Assembly: GCF_009914755.1 (NCBI RefSeq)
Contig: NC_060941.1
Origin: the human T2T-CHM13v2.0 reference genome, Homo sapiens
DNA length: 64,000 bases
Reading direction: 5' to 3' (one strand)
Notes under the pieces: generated by a model
The model's input: the letters and a program-made list of their open reading frames with translations, nothing else
Told to the model about the DNA's origin: nothing
Databases searched by the model: none
Translations under genes and position numbers: made by a program
In this document: piece by piece, positions 53,518 through 64,000 of the stretch
How the letters are laid out: the number at the start of each line of letters is the position of its first letter
How positions within the stretch are numbered: the stretch's first letter is position 1

Positions 53518-55189
53518 TCACATACACACGTACTCAAACCTAAAGCCCAATGTCCACTCTCAAATCACCATTGTCTTTGCACTGGTTCCCTGTTGAAAAT
53601 TTCAACCTGTCAGCACAGCCAGGGACCAGCACAGACTGCTTTCAGTTTCGAACTGTTTCCTGAAAAGCAAAAGGCACTGGAGGAGTGAGAGGAGAGGGAG
53701 AGTGATGGGTGGAAGGACTTCGAAAACAATGACTCCCTGGAGTTTCTCAGTTTGGGTCGCCTTGGCCCCCTCCGCCTAAAGCACCCTTCTCATTCTGTTT
53801 CCTGAGTCTGAGGATTCTGCTTTTCCCTTTTGCCATCCCTGGGCCACTCTGTCCTCTTCAGTGTCCTGGTCCAGTGAAGAGACTCTAGGGCATTAGTGCC
53901 GGAGAAATGCTGACACGATCACTTATACTGTATGCTTTCGGTCAGATTCTTTACTCTCTCAGAGCTGTTGGCAAGATAGCTGGAAGGAGGAGAGATTAAC
54001 TCTTTCTTTGGTGGAAAAAAAGATGAATAAACTGTAACCAAAAAAGAAAGTCAAGCAAACTTTCAGAAGTATAATCTCATGTTTTGGTTTTTAAATTCTT
54101 TGATGGAAGTGTAACATACAAACAAAATAATACAAATCGTAAATGTCGGCTCAGCAAAATTTGAGGAAATGACTACCCGTGTCTAACAGCCACCCAGATC
54201 AGACACCCACGCCCTTGAGGAGTCTCCTTCCATATGGTATTTGGGTGGGCCTCTGTGATCCATAGATATGAGCCACGGGCTATGACTTCCAAGAATAAAC
54301 CATCAATGGTACTGTGCCTTGCTCTCTCTTGGATCACTATCTCCAGGGAAAGCTGGTGGCTGTGTCTTGAAGACTCACAAGCAGCTCTTTTGAGCAAGGA
54401 GCTGAGGCCTCCCACCAGCAGCCACGTGAATGTGCGATGTTGGAAGCAGATCCTCCAGCCCTGGTCCAGTCTTCAGATGACTGCAGCCCCAGCCAACATC
54501 TTGACTAGAACTTGATGAAAGAGAGATCCTGAGCCAGCAACACCCAGCTAAGCAACTCCCAGATTCACGGCTCTCAAAATCATGAGATAATGAACATTTG
54601 CTGTTTTCAGCCGTGAAGTCATGGGGGAATTTGTTATTTATCAACAGATATCTAATATAGTTGGGCCACACTTGCCCAGAGCCAGTCTCTGCAGCCACAT
54701 CCAATCCTTATTCATTTATTCACTCAGCAAGTATTTTCTTTAATGCCAACATTTGTCACCACACTCTGTAGCTGGATGCTGGGGCATTCGTGGTGAATGA
54801 AGCTGGCCCAAATGCTGCTGTGATATAAAGGGAGATGGATAGAAACCACCCGAAGGAAACACATTAACAGCATTTGGCAAACTGTGGAGAAAATAAACAG
54901 GGACCCATAATCAAGACAATTGGGGTGATCCCTGCAAAGGGTGATCAGAGGCATTTCAGAGGAGGCAACATCAGAGGTGAAACCAAAAGGATAAGAAAGA
55001 GCCAGAGGTAAGAAGATCTGGGGGAAGGGATTCAGGGGGAGGAACAGCAGGTGTTAAGGCCCTGGGGAGGGATGCACACTGTGGCTAGAACATAAAGACC
55101 ACATGGGGACAGGGCAACATGATGAAAAGGAAGAACAAACGAGTGGCTGGGTCCCCTCAGACCAAGTAGGCCAAGCAAGGAGAGTGGGT

Positions 55190-55828
<639 letters not shown>

Positions 55829-57019
55829 CCTTACTTTTGGGAGAGGAAGAGACACCCAGTGTCCCTACTGAACATGTTCACCTAGGCTGGAACTTGGTTT
55901 GGTGACAATCTTCAATGCCTTTTACTATCTGTGAACAAGGGAAGCAGCTCTTTGAAGCACTAACTACAATCAGTGCCAGGAAAGGTCTGAGGGAAGGCAG
56001 CTGTGGGGATAAGAAACACCCCCTTCCTGCCCCTGCACCCCTTTCTCCTTGTTAGTGCCCATCTCACCTGCTGTAGTCAACTCTTCATCGTAAGGGTCTG
56101 GGCCAGAGCTACCACCACCAGCAAGCTTCCTGGCTGACAGGTGGCTTAGGCACAGGAGAAGGGTCTGAACAAGGTACACTTCATCTCTGCCCAGACTTCC
56201 AGCTCTCAGAGAGCAAGAAGTTTATGTTTTCAAAAGACAGCATGTTTTTGACGTTGCCTGCAAAGGGTGTTTAAAGGAAATAAGAGAGATGTGAAGAGGG
56301 CTGGGTTAGATTGGTCAAGAGAGGAGCCTTTTCCTGGGTAATGACTTCCCAAACACGTGTGACAAATCCACTTAGACATGAGCCAGAGGACATGTTAGAG
56401 GAGGCTGGAGGGGAGAGGCAGTTGTAGAGGGTGAGATGAGAGTTTTTAAGCTGAAACTAAACATTGTCCAAGCAGTGGCCTTTTCATATCCACATCCCTC
56501 TTTTTCCACATCCCCCATCGCTAAGCCCTGGGAACTGCTCATTTGTCATCTATTTCTGTACTTTTGTCATTTTGAGGGTGTTATAGAAATGGAGCAATAC
56601 GGTACGTAAACTGCAGATTGGAGCTTTTCACTCAGCATAACCTCCTCGAGATTCATCCAAATTGTTGCGTACATCAATAGCTTGCTCCTCTCTAGTGCTG
56701 GAGTGGCATTCTGTGGTAGGAATGAACTGCAATTTGTTGAACCGTTCACCCCTGAAAGGATGTCTGGCTTGCTTCCAGTTCAGGACTATTATGAATAAAG
56801 CTGCTGTGAATTTTCATGCACAGGTTTTTGGGTGAACATAAGTTTCCATTCTCTGAGATAAATACCTAAGAATGCGTTCACTGGATCATATGGTCCTTGC
56901 ATGGTTGGTTTTGTAAGAAACTGACAAACTATTTTCCAGAGTGTTTGCACCATTTTACATTCCTGCCAGCCACATAGGAGTGATCCAGTTTCACCACATC
57001 CTTCAGCATTTGGTGTTGT

Positions 57020-57455
57020 TAAGGGAGGAGGCCACTCCTCATATTGTCTTATGCCCAATTTCTGCCTCCAAAGAAAGAAGAAGTAAAAACTAAAAGGCAG
57101 AAATGAAATCCACAAGCAGACAGCCCAGCACCACACCCTGGGCCTGGTAAAGATAGACCCCTGACCTAATCGGTTATTTGCATAAAAAAGCACTGTGAAG
57201 ATCCCTGTCCTGTTCTGTTCCGTTCTAATTAACAGTGTATGCGTCCCCTAGTCACGTACCCCCTGCTTGCTCAATCAGTCAGGACCCTCTCATGCAGACC
57301 CCCTTAGAGTTGTGAGCCCTTAACAGGACAGGAACTGCTCACTCAGGTAGCTCAGCTCTTGAGACAGGAGTCTTGCCGATGCTCCCAGCCGAATAAACCC
57401 CTTCCTTCTTTAACTCGGTGTCTGAGGAGTTTTGTCTGTGGCTCTTCCTGCTACA
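57020..57455 (+). mobile_element. LTR2 (HERV-E/Harlequin) solo LTR inserted into an L1 remnant
   Basis: TAAGGGAGGAG...CTCATATTGTCTTATGCCCAATTTCTGCCTCCAAAG...AATAAA...CCTGCTACA matches the recalled LTR2 consensus. Confidence 0.88.
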
Positions 57456-57995
57456 TAGTCACTATTTTTTTATTTTAGCCACTCAGATAGGCAAATATAT
57501 CCATCCAAATAACTCTCTCCCAGGGCTAATTCCTAGAGAAAGTAAACAACTGGCCTGCAAGTCTGCCTTTGATATGCAAACCAAACCATTCCCTATTCCA
57601 TGCCCCCACCTGCTTCCTTTCAGCAGGCTCCTGCAGTCTGGGATATTTTCTTTCCCCTGCCCTAAATCACCCCAGGGCCAGGTACCAGACAACTAGAGAC
57701 CACTCTTGTATCCTAGCCCATCAGAATAATTCAAACTACACACTCCGAAGCCTGCTGTTTGCTTACCTTACCTTGCCTATCACTTCCTCTGAAAACCATG
57801 ATAAAGGCTCCCACATACATTTCCTCTCTCTCTCTCTCTGCCCCTTCACCCGCCCTCGTGCTTCCCCGTGTGGCCCTACATGGCACACTGCACCTCCTGC
57901 TTCTAGGGGTCTTTGAGTAGAAACTTATTTCTTTATGACAGTCATTTCCGTATCTGCATGCCTTACCATATCTGGTTAAAACAAATCCTGGTACA

Positions 57996-59075
<1,080 letters not shown>

Positions 59076-59221
59076 TACATTTTTTTTTAACTTTTAAAAA
59101 GTATCCGGTGATAAGATGGAAAGAAATATGAGGGTCAGGGTCAGAAGTCCTTTTTGCAGTCAGAGGGGCTGTGTCTCTGGACAGGGTTCCAATGGGCATG
59201 GGGTGTTGCAAGTTCTCCTGT

Positions 59222-59345
59222 TCATGACTCTGTCCAAGGAGTCCTCCAAGGCCTGTTCACCCAGAGGATAGCACCGAGTATGCTCAGGAGCAGAGGCACC
59301 TTCAGGAGTGGGAGAAGCAGGAAGCAGGTGCTGCTGGGCAGGGAC
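59222..59345 (-). CDS. CD300H: CD300H exon 4: TM helix with Lys and short tail
   Basis: tctcacag|G TCC CTG CCC...TCA TGA; SLPSSTCFLLLPLLKVPLLLSILGAILWVNRPWRTPWTES*. Not in the ORF track; translated by hand. Confidence 0.93.
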
Positions 59346-60699
59346 CTGTGAGACGGAGAGAGTGACTAGTAGTAAGCTGCCTTCTCCGGGGAGTCCCAGG
59401 CTCTGCCTCTCCCCCGCCTTCCCTCGAGGTCTCGTCCTGTGCCCTCAAACCCAATGTCAGCATCAAGCCTGGTGGGTACCAGGGTCAGGCAGCCCCATGC
59501 TGAGGGTCACAGGCTCCTGACCTTCATTCAGCTCAGAATTAACCTTGAGTGTCAAGACCCAACAGATGCCGGAGGTGAGGGATAGAGAAGAAGAGAGATA
59601 TGTTAACCCAGGCAGGAACTGGCTCCCAGAAACAACTTCCTGAACAGATCCCTCAGCCACTGATGCCCGCAGGAACTCAGCTCTTGCTGGGAACAACCTC
59701 AAGGATGAAATACTCCTTTACAACCATCTTCACTCAAATTAAATATGATCACAAGAACAGCTCTTTTGCTTAAACGGCTTAACAATCTCAACCCCAAGGA
59801 GTGAACTCTCCAAGCTCAGCCCATGGCCAGTCGTCTCGCTCCGTGGGTCCCACTACACTGCTCCCATTCCAACTCCTCAGATGCTGCATTCTCTCCCCAA
59901 AATGGGCCGCTGTGCCATCTCTCCACCTTCCCAGCCCTCTACCTGCAGGGCTTGTCTGATGCCCTCCCTGATCCTCTCTAAGACGAGTCCCTGTAACAAA
60001 CCCTGTTGGCGCCCTGCCCCATATCACCTTTGCCCACTTGAGCTCCTGGCAGCTGCAGGCAGTCTTGGCCCCACCAAGGATTTCCCAGCTCAAGCTCCCC
60101 ATCTCTGCCTGAGGTTATCTACAAGAGTGCACACATTTTCCTGTGCAGAGCAGGCCAGATGGGCCACAGAATTCATGCCCCCAGGAGTGCCTGCTGCCTG
60201 GAAGACTCTGTCTCCAGTTCTGAGGAACGTTCTACACAGTCTCTCATAGGGTGCCCAGAGGGGTTAATCTCCAGTGACTCCAGTTACTACGGGGATAACC
60301 CCTTCATTACAGCACATTTCACCGCCCTTCCCCTTTCCTGGTCTCACTTTCTGCTCTCTCAATGTACTTCTTGAGATTACCTCTCAATAAACAAATTGCT
60401 CCTAAGTCCTTGTCTCAGGACCTGATTTGGGGGAAACCCAAACTAAGACAGTCCCTTTGTTCTTTGTTTCTGTGGAACATCTTGTATTTCCTTGATAGCC
60501 CAAATCATGCCCCACCAGCTTCCCACACACTCTGGCACCCTATCTCTTTACACCTGCTTTATTTTCCTCCACAGTAATTATCATTCGTTGACATATTTCC
60601 TTGATCTATCGTCTCTCTGTCTCTATTACATATCTCTCTCTGCCAGCTATCATCTCCATCTGTCTTTCCAGTCAGCCAGCCAGCCATCTCTATCATCTT

Positions 60700-60741
60700 T
60701 CATATCATATCTATCATCTGTCTGTTTATCTATCTATCCAC

Positions 60742-60778
<37 letters not shown>

Positions 60779-60830
60779 CATCTATCTGTCTGTCCACCTG
60801 TCTGTCTGTCTATCTATCTATCCATCTGGC
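60700..60830. repeat. (TCTA)n/(TCTG)n microsatellite
   Basis: Directly visible tetranucleotide repeats. Confidence 0.9.
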
Positions 60831-60946
60831 CATTGCCTGAATCTACCTATTTGCAACTTCCTCAAGAGCACAATCTTGCCCCTTTGTTCACTGTTGCATC
60901 TCTAGAATCTCCATCAGTTTCTGGCGCATAACAAATAAACACCTGT

Positions 60947-61256
60947 TGGCCGAGCACGGTGGCTCACACCTGTAATCCCAGCACTTTGGGAGGCCGAGGC
61001 GGGCAGATCACGAGGTCAGGAGATCGAGACCATCCTGGCTAACATGGTGAAACCCCCGTCTCTACTAAAAATACAAAAAAAAAAATTAGCCGGGCCTAGT
61101 GGCGGGCGCCTGTAGTCCCAGCTACTCAGGAGGCTGAGGCAGGAGAATGGCGTGAACCCGGGAGGCGGAGTTTGCAGTGAGCCGAGATCGTGCCACTGCA
61201 GTCCAGCCTCGGCGATAGAGCTAGACTCTGTCTCAAAAAATAAATAAATAAATAAA
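60947..61256 (+). mobile_element. AluY-like element in CD300H intron 3
   Basis: GAGATCGAGACCATCCTGGCTAAC and GAATGGCGTGAACCC diagnostics, (TAAA)n tail, TSD resembling AATAAA(CACC)TGTT. Confidence 0.92.
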
Positions 61257-61358
61257 TGTTGAGTGGGTGAATAATCAAGGAAACCTGTGTCTAGGAAGCC
61301 CCACCCTAGGAAAGAAGCTGCACACATGGCAAAAGACACTGGGACACGTGCATTTTAC

Positions 61359-61422
61359 CCTTGGCATTGGCTGGGCCTGGTGGGAGATGCAGGTGTCTTC
61401 ACAGAGTTCTCAGTACTGGAGG
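61359..61422 (-). CDS. CD300H: CD300H exon 3 (short stalk)
   Basis: atcctcag|CC TCC AGT...CAA GG|gtaaa; 64 nt; ASSTENSVKTPASPTRPSQCQG. Confidence 0.92.
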
Positions 61423-61794
61423 CTGAGGATAAAGAACAGAGGTTCAGTGCCCTACGCCTGACTCTTCCCAGCTGAGTACCTGGTACCTGCATGGTTCTGA
61501 CTTCATAAAGCAGAGGACGCTCAAGGAGGCAGCTGGACAGATGTTCTAGGACCATCGTCTTCCAATAGGCAGACCAAAGCCTGACTGGAGTAACAGAGCA
61601 TCCCCCCAACCCCATCCCAATGGATGCCCTGCTCTGGGGCCGGGTGGGCATTTTATAAACCCAGACCAGAGGATGACCACCTTCTCCCATGTTGGTGTCC
61701 CCCATCTCGCTGAAAATCAACATGCCGAAGGTTAGGCTTAGGTTCCAAAACCCCCATCCTTGCCAGTGTATCCACACACCACCACTACCCTCCA

Positions 61795-62325
61795 GCACAC
61801 ACTCTCTGTCTCACACACACTCTCACACCTGCACACACACTCTCACATGTGCACTCACGCAACTTCACAAATACACTCACACGCCCACTCACTCACACAC
61901 GCCTGCTCTCACACACACTCTCACATGCACACTCACACACCTGCTCTCACACACACACCTGCTCTCACACACACTCACACACACCTGCTCTCACACACAC
62001 CCACACACCAGCTCTTGCACACACTCACACACTTGCTCTCACACACACTCACACACTCACACACCTGCTCTCACACACACTCCCACACTCACTCACACCT
62101 GCTCTCACACACTCACACTCACACACACTTGCTCCCTCACACACTCACACACACTCACACACACCTGCTCTCTCACACATTCACACACACCTGCTTTCAC
62201 ACACACCTTCACACCTGCACTCACTCTCACATGTTTGCACACAACTCACAGTCACACACTGAAACACACTTACACTGTCCCACTCATTCAAACACACATG
62301 TATTTCCCACACACATTCACACAAC
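61795..62325. repeat. Degenerate (CA)-rich tandem repeat in CD300H intron 2
   Basis: Repeated CTCACACAC/ACCTGCTCTCACAC units. Confidence 0.92.
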
Positions 62326-62443
62326 ATACTCTGTCCTGAGTCTCTGATGCACCACACTAGGCCCAGTTCTTCTCTCCTGGGCCAAAATTTCTGTGGCTGC
62401 TCTGCAGAGATGGCCTCAGATGCCTGAGAAAAGAGGCTCTTAC

Positions 62444-62800
62444 CCGATGAGACCAGCACTTGAACCTGGAAGAAGGGATCGGGCAGGAAACCAGACAGGC
62501 CATCTTCCTGCAGTATTGTTGCAATCCCACATCGGTATTTTCCTGCATCGTCTGCCGTGAGGTTCTCCAAGGTCACGGTGAAGGTGAGGTCTCCAGGATG
62601 GTCCGTGATGATCACTTGGTCACTCCTCACCACTCCCTCAGACCCTCCGGTCTCCACCATTTCATGCCAAATTGGCAAGCATGGTTGTCTGCACCAGTAT
62701 TTGTTAAACGTCTTGTATTTCTCTTCATACCGACACTGAACACTCAGGGATTCCCCCACGGCGCCCATCACGGTGCTGGGGCCACTCACAGTCAGACAGC
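62444..62800 (-). CDS. CD300H: CD300H exon 2 (IgV domain); exon 1 lies beyond the window
   Basis: ttttccag|GC TGT CTG...TCA TCG G|gtaag; 357 nt; [36 protein letters not shown]...DAGKYRCG. Confidence 0.94.
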
Positions 62801-63164
62801 CTGGAAAACACAAGTCCGTTTCCCCGTCTTCACCTGGAAGAGTCTGGACCAGTGGAACCTTGAGTGTCAGGTCCTCTGCACGCCCAGTGTTGCCTGAGGC
62901 TGGAGGAGGGAGGAGTCGGGAACCAGGGAGCTATGGGCTATTTGCAGGGGGAGACCCAAGGAGATGCCCGGTGTGGGATCCTGAGACTCCAGAGGCCATG
63001 CCAGCCTGGGTGTGCTCAGCCATCTTATAATATCAGGGGGAGAGGCTTGACCTCGGTGGCCTCAGACAGGTTCTGGGTCCCCCAGAAGTGTCAGTCCTGA
63101 GAAGAAACACCTGTCCTCATCGAACACCAATGATTGAATGAAGCCACTAAGTACACTCTGAATA

Positions 63165-63235
63165 AATGGATGGCTGGAGAGATAGATGGATGGATGGATG
63201 GATGGATGGATGGATGGATGGACGGATGGATGAAA
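63165..63235. repeat. (GGAT)n microsatellite; a further (TCTA)n/(TCCA)n lies at ~63915-64000
   Basis: Directly visible. Confidence 0.9.
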
Positions 63236-63929
63236 TAGGAAAGGAAATAATATTGAGAACCAGGAAAAACCAGAAGCAGCCCAGTATGGAGGGCAAGGAG
63301 GAAGCCTGGGGCTTCTGGTTCTGCCCCTTTCCCAAATCATCTGTGGGCCTCATACTTGCCATCCCTGCCCATATAGATGAGGCCTCCTGCTCCCAGGTCT
63401 GGGTCACAGAGAATATGGGGGCTGCCCATGGGGATATCAAGGGGCCATGTAGAAAGGAGTTGTTCTTGTGATTCAAGGACATTTACGCCTGGAATTTTCC
63501 CCCGGGACAGAATCCTGCAGCAACACTCGCCATTGCCTAACATCTGCAGGGCTCCGCTCCACAGGGACACCCATCAGAGCTTCCTTCCCACCCCCAATTC
63601 TCTGCAGCACCCACCCGCCTTGGCATGTCCTGGGCCTCTTCTCCAGGTCCTCTGCCCCCTCCAATATTTCGACATTACTCTCCCTCTTCGAGTCCCCTCT
63701 CTCATTCCTCCACCCACTCTGCAGGCTCCGGGTCCAAATGATTGGGACCCAGCCCCATCAACTCTCTGCTTCCTGCCTCGGGGGCCTCACCAGTCCTAAA
63801 CAGCTGCTGTCTCATCTGCTCTTGACAGGGAGGTGGTTAACTCAGGACAAAACGGCTATTGAGAAATGGTTTTGGCAAAATACCAAGCTCCTGAAAAGGA
63901 ATTGTGGATGTAATCTGTCTACCTATCAA

Positions 63930-63968
<39 letters not shown>

Positions 63969-64000
63969 CTATCTATCCATCCATCCATCTTTCATCTACC

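Noticed and set aside
61689-62347. His/Thr-rich ORFs up to 216 aa (and similar ones at 43533-44202 and 49535-50107)
   Set aside because: Translations of CA/TG repeats that lack stop codons.

Overview
Human (primate) genomic DNA from the CD300 immunoreceptor cluster (17q25.1, recognised from the encoded proteins). All genes lie on the minus strand. It holds complete CD300LB (4 coding exons, 201 aa, TM Lys), complete CD300C (4 exons, 224 aa, TM Glu), a multiply disabled CD300C-like pseudogene from a ~7.8 kb tandem duplication, and exons 2-4 of CD300H (exon 1 lies beyond the window). I placed the exon boundaries by hand from GT/AG sites and checked their phases. The first ~19 kb is intergenic and repeat-rich: a 5'-deleted HERV-H inside an L1, MLT2 and THE1 LTRs, Alus, and a 1.1 kb minisatellite. 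The most interesting unexplained signals are: (i) an intact, in-phase orphan CD300 transmembrane exon (Glu plus Lys) 3.2 kb downstream of CD300C; (ii) a 95-bp tandem duplication that gives CD300LB exon 2 a second acceptor leading to a premature stop; (iii) a perfect DR5 retinoic-acid element inside a hairpin next to three AP-1 sites; (iv) a minisatellite made of ~50 TCATGTGA (MiT/TFE/USF-type) E-boxes. Repeat family names come from recalled consensus sequences and their edges are approximate. No searches were run, so I cannot confirm that any finding is novel.
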